From Octopus sinensis (lineage: Eukaryota): 64,000 nucleotides of DNA. A program made the position numbers and the translations under genes. Positions 24,594 through 38,191 of this stretch are shown here, in pieces. The stretch is taken from the NCBI RefSeq assembly GCF_006345805.1, contig NC_043005.1:59210001-59274000 (forward strand), read 5' to 3'. The notes under the pieces are model-generated. The model was not told the origin of the DNA and did no database searches. It worked only from the letters and a program-made list of their open reading frames with translations. Position 1 is the stretch's first letter; each line of letters starts with the position of its first letter.

Positions 24594-24678
24594 GGATTTC
24601 CTTTTTCCTGATGACCTGACCATGGAATTGGAGCCCTGGGCTGATACAGGACCAGCTAATGAGGAAGAATTTTGCCTG
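24594..24678 (+). CDS. CFAP65: CFAP65 exon (phase 2-0): (W)DFLFPDDLTMELEPWADTGPANEEEFCL
   Basis: Acceptor cttttcAG, donor GTtagt; 85 nt. Resembles human [29 protein letters not shown] (recalled). Confidence 0.9.
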
Positions 24679-24870
24679 GTTAGTTGTTGAATCTGTGTAT
24701 TTATGCATTTATGTGTACCTCTGTATGTATGTACGTGTGTCTGTGTGTATGTATGCATTTCTGTGAGAATATAACTTCTTTTTCCCTAATTACAGTTTTG
24801 TATATTCTGTATTTGACTACATTATATATTTCAATGTTGTTTAAATACAGAGCTCGTTTTCAATGTCAGA

Positions 24871-25020
24871 CTCCTCCTCCTCCCCTTCTTCCTCCTCTCC
24901 TTCCTCCTCCTCTTCCTCTTCTTCTTCTTCCTCCTCCTCCTCCTCTTCTCCCTCCTCCCATCCCGTCCCTCCTCCCCGTCTCCTCCTCCTCCTCCTCATC
25001 ATCATCATCACTTTCTTCCC
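24871..25020. repeat. (CCT/CTT)n polypyrimidine tract
   Basis: Explains the poly-Pro/Ser ORF 24684-25094. Purine-rich mirror tracts lie at about 6740-6846, 7140-7262 and 41452-41548. Confidence 0.9.
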
Positions 25021-25483
25021 CTCTCAATGAAACCTACAGTCACCTGTCATCACTAGAAAAATGTGTTTGGATTTACATAATTACCTTTCCTTAAAGTGCA
25101 TGTAGCACTATAAGAAAATTAATTTAGCTTCCTCAGCCATGAGACACTTGATTCAAGAAGACCGAGTGACAGTATTATCAGTCGAATAGATCAACATCAG
25201 TACTTGAAATGTATTTCATTTTATAGGGGTTGGACAAAAAAAACAAAACAACAACAACAACAAAAAAATTGCTGTAAAAAGGTGCCCTGTAGTGAGACTG
25301 AACCCACAAACATGTAATTATGATGTAGCTACTTTATAGATGACAGACAAAGCCATTGTTAAACGATTAGAGAACACTGGAAAATTGATCTAACATGGCT
25401 GCATTTTTCTGTTTTTTGTTAAATTAATTGAACTGCTTAGAAGTTGTAGCTAATTGAGATATTCAAGATAATTGCTAAGTCAA

Positions 25484-26057
25484 AGCAGTGAGCCGACAGA
25501 AACGTTAACATGCTGGGTGAAATGCTTAGCGGTATTTTGTCTGCCCCTACGTTCTGAGTTCAAACTCCACCGAGGTCGACTTTGTCTTTCATCCTTTCGG
25601 AGTCAATTAAATAAGTACCAGTTATGCACTGGGGTTGATATAATTGACTTAATCCATTTGTCTGTCCTTGTTCGTCCCTTGTGGGTAGTAAAGAAATAGG
25701 TGTTTTTTTTGTCTTTATGTTCTGAGTTTAAATTCCGCCGAGGTCGACTTTGCCTTTCATCCTTTCAGAGTCAATTAAATAAGTACCAGTTACGCACTGG
25801 GGTCGATATAATCGACTTAATCCATTTGTCTGTCCTTGTTCGTCCCCTCTGTGTTTAGTCCCTTGTGGGTAGTAAAGAAATAGGTATTTTTTCTGTCTTT
25901 ATGTTCTGAGTTTAAATTCCACTGAGGTCGACTTTGCCTTTCATCCTTTTAAGGGGTCGATAAATTAAGTACCAGTTGCATACTGGGTTTGAACTAATTG
26001 ACTGGCCACTCCTCACCCAAAATTTCGGGCCTTGTGCCTAGAGTAGAAAAAAATATC
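25484..26057 (+). mobile_element. Deu/Nin-core SINE concatemer: one head, three bodies
   Basis: Three cores; the whole array is bounded by a 13-bp TSD attgctaagtcaa at 25471-25483 and 26058-26070. Confidence 0.9.
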
Positions 26058-26513
26058 ATTGCTAAGTCAATTATCAGATTTTCAAAAGTGCACATCACTG
26101 GATCAATTATTCTAACTCTGATGGCAGCTGCTAACTAAATCTAGTTTTCTAAGACAATTCTAGAATGATTGTCACATTCTGAAAAACTGGCACTGAAGTG
26201 AATTTATTGTTCTCGCTTGTTATATCAATTAAATTAAAGGGCTGCAGAAATATCTGAGTTTTCTGTTTCTTTCCTTTGTTTTTATAAACTTCAAAATTGA
26301 AATTTAATATTTTGTATTTAATGCTGCTATTAGCTTCTGTAGTTTAAATCACAATACTTTTTTTCTGAATAATGGTTTTAACATGAGCAATTGTACAGTG
26401 TGGTCGCCACAATAAATTGTAAATTTGTAAACCTCCAATCTAGCACTATGCAAGGAATTTCCTAATGTTCTACTTCAGCCTATATAATTTTCACTATATA
26501 CATATATATATAC

Positions 26514-26586
<73 letters not shown>

Positions 26587-26596
26587 TGCTGATGTA

Positions 26597-26908
26597 GCAC
26601 CTTGGGCAAGTGTCTTCCACTATAGCCTTGGGCTGGCCAAAGCCATGTCAATGGATTCGATAGACAGATACTGAATTAAGTCCGTCATAAATGTGTCTTT
26701 GCATTTGAGTTTGTCTCCCACCATCACTTGACAAACAGTATTGGTTTGTTTACATCCATGTAACTTAGTGATTTGGCAAAAAGAGACTAATAGAATAAAT
26801 ACCTGACTTACAATAAATATAAGGGTAGATTTGTTTGACTAAACCCATCAAGTCAGTGCCCCAGCATGGCTGCAGTCAAATGAATGTTTCAAGTAAAAGA
26901 TAAAAGAT
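26597..26908 (+). mobile_element. OK-type SINE, 5'-truncated and degenerate
   Basis: gcaccttgggcaagtgtcttc...gtaaaagataaaag. Confidence 0.75.
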
Positions 26909-27195
26909 GTGTGTCAATGTTTGCATCTACACACACACATTAACACACACGCACACATACACATACACGTAAACACACACACATACGCACACACACATTG
27001 TAAAGACAGCTTCCTTAAACCAGTGTTGTTTCTTATATTAGCATGTGTAGTGAGGCCTTTTGTTATAAAGTTTGTCTAAGTAGAAGTCAATATTTACAGC
27101 TACATATCTTAAAATAGAGGTAAGATTCCAGCATGCCTCTTTTAAAATCTAGTTTTGCCAGTTCACATTACTTCTTCTTGAAACTGCACTATACC

Positions 27196-27427
27196 TATTT
27201 CTTAACTACCCACAAGGGGCTAAACACAGAGGAGACAAACAAGGACAGACAGACAGATTAAGTCGATTATATCGACCCCAGTGCGTAACTGGTACTTAAT
27301 TTATCGACCCCGAAAGGATGAAAGGCAAAGTCGACCTTGGCAGAATTTGAACTCAGAACGTAGGGGCAGATGAAATATGGCTACGCATTTCGCCCGGCAT
27401 GCTAACATTTCTGCCAGCTCGCCGCCT
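27196..27427 (-). mobile_element. Deu/Nin-core SINE (long tail) with 18-bp TSD
   Basis: TSD ttgaaactgcactatacc at 27178-27195 and 27428-27445. Confidence 0.92.
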
Positions 27428-28639
27428 TTGAAACTGCACTATACCAATAAACACAAGAATATCAACTCTATCACATTCATGGAGCTGTAAGCACCAAAGA
27501 AAAGACTGGTATTTTTACTTTCACGAAGAATCATATATATAATCTGACAAACAGAATTAAATAATCTTTGTTCAGTTGATCTGGTGATGTTTCTCAGCTA
27601 ACGTTATTAGTTCTTGTTGTCTCTCTAGGCTTGCCACATTCTAATATAAACTGTAAAAAGGATTCTATTATAACAAAAGGATTGGAAAGAGCATGCAATT
27701 ACATTACTTTTCAATCTAATGTATAGTTGTTATTCTATAAAACATACACTTAAAGCATTATTGCATATGAAGGGGATAAGTAATACATCAATGAATGTAA
27801 ATGCAATGTATTGCCTATGGTGGGAAAAGGAAAATTATTAACATTTTGAGCATTGTCTCTTTTTCAAGATAAAGAAAAGAGACAAGAAAGAAAGAAGGAG
27901 TGTTGTTACTAAGGAGTCATGGTAATAATAGGCAAAGAGAATTGGTGGATATGTGGTTTAATTAGTTGTGAATTGAGGTAGATGGTGACCAGAAATGTCG
28001 GATACACATAGAAAAGAAGAGAAAGCAGTAGCCGAGATTGTGCTTATGTGTGGGCACTAAGTATGTATGCGTTGACATTAGATATGTGTGAGCACAAAAG
28101 TGTGTATATGTGGATACAAAAATAATTATATGTAGGATGAGTGGGGCGATTGAGCAGAATTAATTTCTGAATAACCAAATGACAGCATCCATGTAGAAAA
28201 CTGATAGCTAAGTTAATGTTAGCCTAATTAATGTAAGAGTATTAATAAAAATTTCTTGAATATATTTAAGTGATTGGATTAGAAATCATAAAACAGACCT
28301 TGCTGAATTTAATAGAGTTGATAATAAAGATTATTAGTTACAAGTATTATGACAGATATATTACTTATATTAACATAGATTTAATCCTGCTTATAAGAAC
28401 ATATTCAATAATTCAGTGTAAATTACATAGAAGTAAACATTGTATTTTATTAATTAGAAACCTGATAGATTTCAAGGATTTTGATGAATTTTCTTTGGTT
28501 TTTGGGTGATAAATTATAAATAATCTAACTATGTATACACACACACATACACACACACACAAAATTTAAAAATTTATAAATGCATATGTATATATGTGTA
28601 TATGTAAATATGTATTTATATATGTGTGTGTGTGTGTGA

Positions 28640-28790
28640 GGGGTGGAGCTGAGAAGTTACTAGCTTTAAGGGTATCATGGAAGACCTGGCTAGAGGCCAA
28701 CCATTTGAGTTCTTTTACTGGGCTTAGGAAAACTGAAGGACTTGAAAATCTACTAATTCTTGTCATTGATTAGTCACAGGCTGGCCCTAA
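28640..28790 (+). mobile_element. Degenerate RTE-like C-terminal fossil
   Basis: Frameshifted ..EKL..GIMEDLARGQP..TGLRKTEGLENLLILVID. Confidence 0.35.
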
Positions 28791-30204
28791 TGTACAGACT
28801 TACAATCAAATGTCCCATTCATCCTATTGTTTTTTTTTTAATGTTTAGGCCTAATTTATGATCAAAGGCATTCCAACCGTGACTTAACTGTTGTTTCTGC
28901 TCATTATTTAAATATAGCCTATCAAAGACTGCATTATTTAATGTGCACTTCCTTTCTGAAGATGTAAAATATGATTTCAAAGAGATCTGGATGCAATTTC
29001 TAGCAAGTCATGCATCTACGTAGAAGGTACCACTTTAGCACATAATTTGTTTTCGACTGTTACTTAGAGGAGAGTTATCAAGCATTATTAATTTTCCTGT
29101 GGGAAAATGGTGGATTACAGAACTCTGTATGTATTTGCTGTAGATCATACCATTCTTAGTTCAAACTTCTTTGTGTCAACTTTGCATTTAATCCTTCTGG
29201 AGTCGATATAATAAAGTTCCAGCCAAGAACTAGGATTAATTTAATTAACTACGCTTTCTAAAATTTCAGGCCTTATATGTATGTTAGATACAACTATTGT
29301 TTTTATAATAAAATACAACTATTGAATGTAAATATTTTATTGTGTACTTCTCTTGATTAAACTGAAGGTTAAATTCATTTGCATGTGTGTGTAATCTCAC
29401 TGTAAAGTGAAAGGTGCTTGTTTCATTGCTCTTTGGGAAATAATACAGCAAAAGAAACCAAAATGTTCCTAACAGAATTAGAACTCAGAACTAAATCGGT
29501 TGAAAAATGGTAACCATCAACAGAAGACATTTTCAAGTAGCTATATATCTCATAACTAATCAACTCTGAGTAGATCTAAAATCAAACCAAATCTTGAAGA
29601 ATGTAAGACAATATTTTAGCTGCAATATTTTTAGAATATACAGCAACTATTTAGATGTTCCTGGGAGAACTCGATACAGAAAGTATATTATATTAGCCCT
29701 GGAAGCTGTTTTCTCTAAAAGCATGTAATTTATGACAAGTAAAACAAAATTCAAAATTGGTAAATGGATATGCCATTTTGTAAGAGCATCATTTATTCAC
29801 AAAGCTATTACCACCTGAAAGTTTGACATTCAACTATGAGAAGGGAAACTGACAGCTATTGCCTATATCATGACGGAAGCAAAAGTCTTTTAGCAGCTAA
29901 AAGTCCCAGGTATTGTTCACACTTTATAAAGTTTTCACTAGATCTGTGACAATCTAATAATGGCTTAAGAGGTCTGAAACAAATGGTCCTGGCAACTTTA
30001 GATGAAATATCGTAATGCTGTCATTGTTTCATGTCTCTTTAGCTTGTTTGTAATGTAATTTTAAACGTGTAAATCCCATCAGCTCCTTCGCTGAATGTGG
30101 TTGATCTACTGGGGTGTTGTTGCGCTTTACATATATAAATACATAAATATAAACCATATCCACTTCTAGCAAATATGACTTGAAAGCATGTACCATGATA
30201 TTGG

Positions 30205-32027
30205 TTTCGAGTGTTAGCACAAGGCCAGCAAGCTTGGGTGAAAGGGTAAATTGGTTACATCGGCCCAAGTGCTCAACTGGTACTTATTTTATTGAGCCTA
30301 AAAATGTGAAGGGCAAAGTCGACCTTGGTAGTATTTCAACTCAGAATGTAGGTGGATGAAATGACACTAAGCATTTTGCCTGGTATCGTAATGATATTGC
30401 TGGTTCAACGCCTTCATGTACCACAATATTGTTAATTGTTTTAGATGCTTATGCAGCTGCAAGCTGATGTAAACACCCACTTGGCCTTCTAACCCTTGAA
30501 CCAGCAGGCAGAGCATTGAGAATACGATAGCTGCATAGAAAGAGGGGCAGAGGGAGGACCAAGTGGTGAGAGTGTTCTGTTCATGACTGTAAGGTCATGG
30601 GTTCTACTCACGGACCAAGTGGTGTTTTGTGCCCATGAGAAAGGTATTATGTTCTTCAATTGACTCACCTGTTCACCTGTAATGAGTACCAACTGGTTAC
30701 TAGGGAAACCTCACCTCTCTCTCCCAGTGTCACATCTTGTATGTTCTGCTGAGTCAAATAAGAAGTTGGCAAGAAAGTTATCTATGCTTGCTTGCAATTA
30801 CATAGCCATACATGCTCACTAGTAGTGGCAGCTTTACATTAGCTTGTTAACAACTTCCATTCAACCTCAAAAAATAAAATATAAGCTGTATTGCTGAACA
30901 TAGAGTTTGAAATTGCTATGGTTGTTAAGAATATTGTGATTTTTGTATGTTAGTATAAACATTTTTTTTTTTTGTCAAGTTAATTTATAAAACTTAGTAC
31001 ACACCTAGTATTATTCTTTTCTACTCTAGGCACATGGCCTGAAATTTTTTTTTGTGGGGGTGCCAGTCAATTAGATCGACCCCAATATGCAACTGGTACT
31101 TAATTTATCAACCCTGAAAGGATGAAATGCAAAGTCAACCTTGATGGAATTTGAACTCAGAATGTAAAGACAGATGAAATACTGCTAAACATTTCACCTG
31201 GTGTGCTAAACACCTACTATTATTATTGTTAAGACAATGATTGCATTGGTAAAAAGGCTTAGTTGCTTTTTTCCTTCTATATTCTGTGTTCAAATACTGT
31301 TGTGGTTGGCTTTACTTTTTATTTTTTAAAGGAGTTCAAATTCTGCTGAGGGCGATTTTGCTTTTCATGAAATAAATATTAATTGCTTACTGGGATCGTT
31401 TTGATCAACTAGCACCCCTTCCCCTCAAAATTTCAGACCTGGTACCTACAGTAGAAAGGATTATTATTTTCATTATTGCTGATATTGTTATTACTGTAGC
31501 TGTATGTCAGATTTGCTTTCCTTTAGCTCATTGACAAAGTTGCAGTTTGGGAGGAAATATAGACTAAGATAATGTGCCTAGCAACTAGATTGTTGTAAGG
31601 TACTTACAGCACTCCACCAGTTGGGCAATGTGTTCCACTGTGGTATTTTATGGTGGATTAAGTAGCATGCAAGAGTGGTGGTGTCCTCAAGGAACTTTGA
31701 GCATCAGTGAAAATAACTAGCTACTCTGTTCCAATGTGACATTACCAGTATTGTTTACCTACTGGCATGATAGTGCAGTCAGTCAGGTCTGTCTGAGCAG
31801 AGCACAAAGCAATGAAACTATCCTGCTCATGTTTGTACATTGTTGACTTGTGAAGCTAAGAATGACTGTGTGGTAAGTAGCTTGCTTACCAACCACATGG
31901 TTCTGGGTTCAGTCCCACTGCGTGGCACCTTGGGCAAGTATTTTCTACTGTAGCCTCAGGTTGACCAAAGCCTTGTGAGTGGATTTGGTAGATGGAAACT
32001 GAAAGAAGCCAGTCCTATATATGTATG

Positions 32028-32066
<39 letters not shown>

Positions 32067-32486
32067 TTGTGTGTCTGTGTTTGTCCCCCCCAACATCACT
32101 TGACAACTGATGCTGGTGTGTTTACGTCCCAGTAACTTAGCGGTTCAGCAAAAGAGACTCATAGAATAACCTTAGACTTAGCATTCATAACTGCCAGCAA
32201 AGAAGTGCTGTAGTAGTTTGAACAATGTTTTAGCATTACCAGAAAATTGAATCCTCCCCAGCTTAATTACTGACTTCAAATTTTGGCACAAGGCCAGCAA
32301 TTTTAGGGGTGGGGATTAGTTGGTTACATTAACCCCAGTGTTCAACTGGTACTTATTGTATTTACTCCAAAAGGACAAGAGACAAAGTTAACCCTGGGGG
32401 TATTTGAATGCAGAATGTTAGGACGCAAGAAATGCCACTAAGCATTTTTCCAGTATGGTAACGATTCTGCCAGCTCACCGCCTTGT
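30205..32486. mobile_element. Scattered older Deu/Nin-core SINEs
   Basis: Degenerate cores at about 30205-30415 (-), 31025-31210 (-), 31225-31455 (+) and 32265-32486 (-). Confidence 0.7.
31858..32170 (+). mobile_element. OK-type SINE, 3'-truncated
   Basis: Family head and core. Confidence 0.85.
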
Positions 32487-33341
32487 CCTCTTCTGATTTG
32501 GTTGTATTCTATAAATGCTGATAACAAGCAGAAGGGTGACTCATTGTAGTGCTTGTCTAGGGTCCTAAATACCCTGGCACTGGCCAGGAATTTAGAAATA
32601 GACTGGATAACAAAATGACTCACTCTGATATCTAACTCTGTTGTTCAGCTCCCTGAACATTACATGGCAGAGTGAGTCACTACATCTTTGAACAAACTGA
32701 AGCTCAATATAATAGCTATAGTGAAAAAATAACTCGTTAATTTCCACTCTGCCCTCTTCCCCATCTCCATCGAACCCACTCTTTGTCTTTGTGTTTGTCT
32801 GACTCTCTCTTATTCTCTCATAAATCTGTTTGTGTTAAAGTAAAACTGACTTGCCCTACTTGTTATAACAACAAATGTCAAAATATTGTTTGAAATTAAA
32901 GTGCAAGACAAATATAAATGATTGTATTGCAAGTTTATATTTGAGACTAGAGTTACTTAAAATACAGTCTAAAATTTCATCAAAGCAATAATTAAAAGAT
33001 TTTAGTGTTGAAGTATTAGTTGCAGTGTTAATTATGTCTGGTGATTCAAGGCTATTTCTGTGTATTGAGAAAATATAATTTATTTTGTCTTCGCTCATTT
33101 AAATTTGATATAATGGTAATAAGTTATGTCATTATGTATGCATAGGATAAAATTTTCTAAATTCACAAATGGAAATTACAGAGTACTCTTGTGGGTAAAA
33201 AATGTCAAAATTATAGAAAATTTATTCTTCAACATGTTTTCTTGTTAATCATGAATCAGCATTGCTAATATTTGTCCATTGAAAACTTTTGAGTGGCGTT
33301 CAAATTGTATTAGAATCCTTGCTTCATATTTATGTTTAATA

Positions 33342-33756
33342 GGCACAGGAGCGGCTGTGTGGTAAGTAGCTTGCTAATGAACCACATGGTTCTGGGTTCA
33401 GTCCCACTGTGTGGCACCTTGGGGAAGTGTCTTCTACTATAGCCTGGGGCCAACCAAAGCCTTGTGAGTGGATTTGGTAGATGGAAACTGAAAAAAGCCC
33501 ATCGTATATATGTATATGTATATATATGTGTGTGTGTGTTTGTGTCTGTGTTTGTCCTCCCCCAACATCGCTTGACAACCGATGCTGGTGTGTTTATGTC
33601 CCCGTAACTTAACGGTTTGGCAAAAAAGACCAATAGAATAAGTACTAGGCTTACAAAGAGTAAGTCCTTGGGTTGATTTGCTTGACTAAAGGCGTTGCTC
33701 CAGCATGGCCACAGTCAAATGACTGAAACAAGTAAAAGAATAAAAGAGTAAAAGAG
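33342..33756 (+). mobile_element. OK-type SINE, full length
   Basis: Family head, core and tail. Confidence 0.9.
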
Positions 33757-34335
33757 AGTCATATTGGAAGTTTGCAAATTATAAAATAATAACTGTTTAT
33801 CTCAGTTGTCTATTAAAAAATCCTGTTCAAAAATCAAGGTGATTCTATGATGTACATACCTCTTCCAGTTATTAATTCTCATTTATAATGAATATTGTTC
33901 TGCTTGTGATGATAATGTATTCAAGTATTATGCTATTAACAAATTTAAACAAGGAATGAATTCGAAGATATTAGTCAAAACCTTCAACAAAACGAAACAA
34001 GTTCTAGTGTTACTCTTTAAACTACTTCAACTAAATGAAACTGAAGATGTTATAATTGAAACCTTTAAACAAAATTACACAAATTCAATATAACCATGCT
34101 AAACAAATGAAAACAAAGACATAGTTGAAATCTTTCATTATACTTTTGATTTAAGATTGATTCAACTTGGCAAAGAAAAATAGACAGTTATGCTAAAGAG
34201 AGTGATTCATAAAACTCAGTTACCCAGCTGAAAGGAACTTTTCAGCACTGATCTGTACTGTATCATATAGCCATAGATTTATTGCCAACACTATGTATGG
34301 ACTGTTGTAAATATCTTGTCTTTATGAACAATATA

Positions 34336-34500
34336 GGTGTAGGAGCGGCTGTGTGGTAAGTAACTTGCTAATGAACCACATGGTCCCAAGTTCAGTCACA
34401 CTGTGTGGCACCTTGGGCAAGTGTCTTCTACTATAGCCTCAGGCCGACCAAAGCCTTGTGAATGGATTTGGTAGGCGGAAACTGAAAGAAGCCTGTTGTA
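34336..34500 (+). mobile_element. OK-type SINE head half
   Basis: Family head ending at the TA tract. Confidence 0.85.
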
Positions 34501-34517
34501 TATATGTGTGTATATAT

Positions 34518-34920
34518 ACTCTTTACTCTTTACTCTTTTACTTGTTTCAGTCATTTGACTGCGGCCATGCTGGAGCACTGCCTTTAATCGAGCAACTTGA
34601 CCCCGGAACTTATTCTTTTGTAAGCCCAGTACTTATTCCATCGGTCTCTTTTGCCGAACCGCTAAGTAACAGGGACATAAACACACCAGCATCGGTTATC
34701 AAGCAATGCTAGGGGGACAAACACAGACACACAGACACACATATATATACATATATACGACGGGCTTCTTTCAGTTTCCGTCTACCAAATCCACTCACAA
34801 GGCTTTGGTTGGCCCGAGACTATAGTAGAAGACACTTGCCCAAGGTGTCACACAGTGAGACTGAACCCGGAACCATGTGGTTGGTAAACAAGTTACTTAC
34901 CACACAGCCACTCCTGCGCC
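34518..34920 (-). mobile_element. OK-type SINE, full length, inverted, in the centre of the preceding copy
   Basis: Reverse complement of the family; a + tail half follows at about 35140-35352. Confidence 0.9.
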
Positions 34921-35096
34921 TATATATATATATATATATATACTTTATTTTATGCAGCAGAAAATTCAACAAAATCTGTTACTCTGTTGAATTTTCTGCT
35001 GCTTAAAATAAAGCATATTACTCTACCACTGGTATTTGAGTACTCTTTTTTCCACCTTGTTTCACATTTATGTGTTTACTCTGGTATATATATATA

Positions 35097-35140
<44 letters not shown>

Positions 35141-35479
35141 ATTTGTTTGTGTGTCTGTGTTTGACCCCTCATCATTGCTTAACAACCGATGCTGGTGTGT
35201 TTACGTCCCCGTAACTTAGTGGTTCGGCAAAAGAGACCAATAGAATAAGTACTAGGCTTACAAAGAATAAGTCCTGGAGTCGATTTGGTCAACTAAAGGC
35301 GGTGCTCCAGCATGGCCACAGTCAAATGACAGAAAAAAGTAAAAGAGTAAAAAAGTAATATTTCCATGGACAGAAAAGGAGGGATCAGACAGAACAGAGT
35401 CTGAGTAGTGGTTTAAATGTAGTTTCAGTGACTGATCTTAGTGATAATTTCTAGTTCAGCTAAATGTTTTATCTTTTAT

Positions 35480-35690
35480 AATTTACCTTTTACTTGTTTC
35501 AGTCATTAGACTGTGGCCATAGTGGGGTACTGCCTTGAAGAATTTTTGACAAATGAATTGCTCCCAATACTTATCTTTTTTTGAAGTACTGGTACTTATT
35601 CTATCAGTCTCTTTTGCTGAACTGCTAAGTTTTGGGCATGTAAACACACCAACATCGGTTGTCAAACAATAGTGGAGGATAAACACAAAG

Positions 35691-35730
<40 letters not shown>

Positions 35731-35890
35731 GACAGGCTTCTTTCAGTTTCCACCTACCAAATCCACTCACAAGGCTTTGGTCAACCCAAGGCAATAGTAG
35801 AAGACACTTGCACAAGGTGCCACACAGCAGGACTGAACCGAGAACCACGTGGCTGGGAAGCAAGCTTCATATTATTCAACCATGCCTGTG
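35480..35890 (-). mobile_element. OK-type SINE (older)
   Basis: Reverse complement of the family. Confidence 0.8.
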
Positions 35891-36572
35891 CTTTATTTTC
35901 CTAATTTTCGTCTTGAAATATTTATATTCTAAAAGTTATGCTAGAAAGGAAAGCAGTCACATATGATTAGTTGCTGTTGTTTAATTCGGATCTGACTTGA
36001 TGAGTAAATCTCTGATCAAGAATTCCTGTGTCTTTCCAGACAAGTTGGGTTTGGTTTTGTAGGTGAAGATTAGTTTGGTAGATCTAGCAGGCTGAGGCAT
36101 TTCTTCAAAGCTACTAAATTGGATAATTTTCTGAATAGTTATACTAACTATTAATAATTATAAAATGACAAGGATTTCGTTTTAACATTAAGAACAAAAA
36201 ATTAAAATATTAGAAAGTAGGAATTTTGTAAGAATCTTGTTAAATTTTATTATGTTAAACAACTAGAGAGAAATCATAAAAGTTACATATTTTCTGATGT
36301 GGAACTATGGTAATGTTTTATTATTGCTTTTGGGTATGTTTTAATCATCTTCCTGCAAAGACATTCACTCAAGCTCTCTTTCTCTCACAAATTTCATTCA
36401 CCATGTGTCTTATTTTGCCAAGTATGTGTAATTTCACTTTCTCTTCTCTCCGTTTAATGTTTCAACATGTCGTATCATCTCAAATAATTTTACCAATGAA
36501 AAATTTTTAAAAGAAAGTCATAATTATGCTCCTACTCATTTGCAGTTAAATTACCATTCTTATTCATTTTAA

Positions 36573-36597
36573 ATGTTGCCAGGTTTCCTGGCAACAT
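36573..36597. promoter_or_regulatory. Candidate RFX X-box-like palindrome atgttgccaggtttcctggcaacat
   Basis: 11-bp inverted repeat containing GTTGCC and GGCAAC half-sites and GTTTCCTGGCAAC. Confidence 0.3.
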
Positions 36598-36774
36598 CGT
36601 TTTTATAGTGTGCAGCATCCTTATCAGGAAGAGCAAACATGCAGCCTTTAACCTTCCAAACTTGCTCTTCCCAAATATTTAAAATTCAAAGGGTTACACT
36701 CGTATGATGTGGATATATATATAAAATACATATCAAGATATGTGTGCATGTGTGCACCTATATGTGTATACATA

Positions 36775-36813
<39 letters not shown>

Positions 36814-36879
36814 CTAGCTAGCTAGCTAGCTAGCTTGATATCTATCTAGCTCTCTCTCTCTCTCTCTGTAAATATATGT

Positions 36880-36899
<20 letters not shown>

Positions 36900-36927
<28 letters not shown>

Positions 36928-37360
36928 ATGTATGTTTGTATATATGTATATGCATGTGTGTGTATGTATATACGTATAAATTGGCTGATGATAGCTGTGA
37001 TGTGCTTTTATGCACAATATAACCAAATGAGAGTTTTCTCTCTTGATAACCTTTGCAGTATTTGTGTGTTCTAACACAACTTCCACCTTTAAGCGCTGAA
37101 TACATTTATATGTATGTACGTATGTATGTATGTATGTTTTTATGTATGTATGTGTATGTGCGTGTGTGTGTATGTGTATGTATGTATGTATGTATTTATA
37201 TCATGTATTTATATATATAAATATACAAATCATGTATATATATATGTGCATGCATATGTTTGAATGTGGTGTATATATATATGTGTGTGTGTATGTGCAT
37301 ATATATGTATATATATATTCCTTGTACACATATGTATATACATACATATATATGTATACA

Positions 37361-37399
<39 letters not shown>

Positions 37400-37858
37400 A
37401 TGTATGTTTGTATATATGTATATGCATGTGTGTGTATGTATATACGTATAAATTGGCTGATGATAGCTGTGATGTGCTTTTATGCACAATATAACCAAAT
37501 GAGAGTTTTCTCTCTTGATAACCTTTGCAGTATTTGTGTGTTCTAACACAACTTCCACCTTTAAGCGCTGAATACATTTATATGTATGTACGTATGTATG
37601 TATGTATGTTTTTATGTATGTATGTGTATGTGCGTGTGTGTGTATGTGTATGTATGTATGTATGTATTTATATCATGTATTTATATATATAAATATACAA
37701 ATCATGTATATATATATGTGCATGCATATGTTTGAATGTGGTGTATATATATATGTGTGTGTGTATGTGCATATATATGTATATATATATTCCTTGTACA
37801 CATATGTATATACATACATATATATGTATACATATATGTATATATATATATATATACA
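36900..37858. repeat. Near-identical tandem duplication, period 472 bp
   Basis: The unique core ttggctgatgatagctgtg...aagcgctgaatac starts at 36981 and 37453. Confidence 0.92.
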
Positions 37859-37963
37859 TTACAGATATAGGGTGAAGTATAATTAATCTAATAAAATCAA
37901 CAAATTTCACCTAGTATTATTTCGGTATGGAAAAGGACCATATTCGGTAAAAACTTATATAAT

Positions 37964-38108
37964 TATAATAATAAGGGTTTTTTGCAACAAGTTGCTTAAC
38001 CACATACCGAAAATTTTAGAAATAGCAGCCAAAAGACTACTATTTCCTTTTACTACAAAAATAAGTTTCCACAGAAAACAATTTTTGCAAAAAACCCTTA
38101 TTATTATA
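37964..38108. repeat. 145-bp element with perfect 24-bp terminal inverted repeats (MITE-like)
   Basis: tataataataagggttttttgcaa / ttgcaaaaaacccttattattata. Confidence 0.75.
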
Positions 38109-38191
38109 TATATACATATACACACCCACACATATACATGTATATACATACCTACATGCATGTGTCATATATATATATATCTATATACATA

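Noticed and set aside
24684-25094. Poly-Pro/Ser ORF
   Set aside because: Translation of a (CCT)n tract inside the intron.
25484-26057. Repeat array as CRISPR-like
   Set aside because: Units are SINE bodies without unique spacers, in a eukaryotic context.
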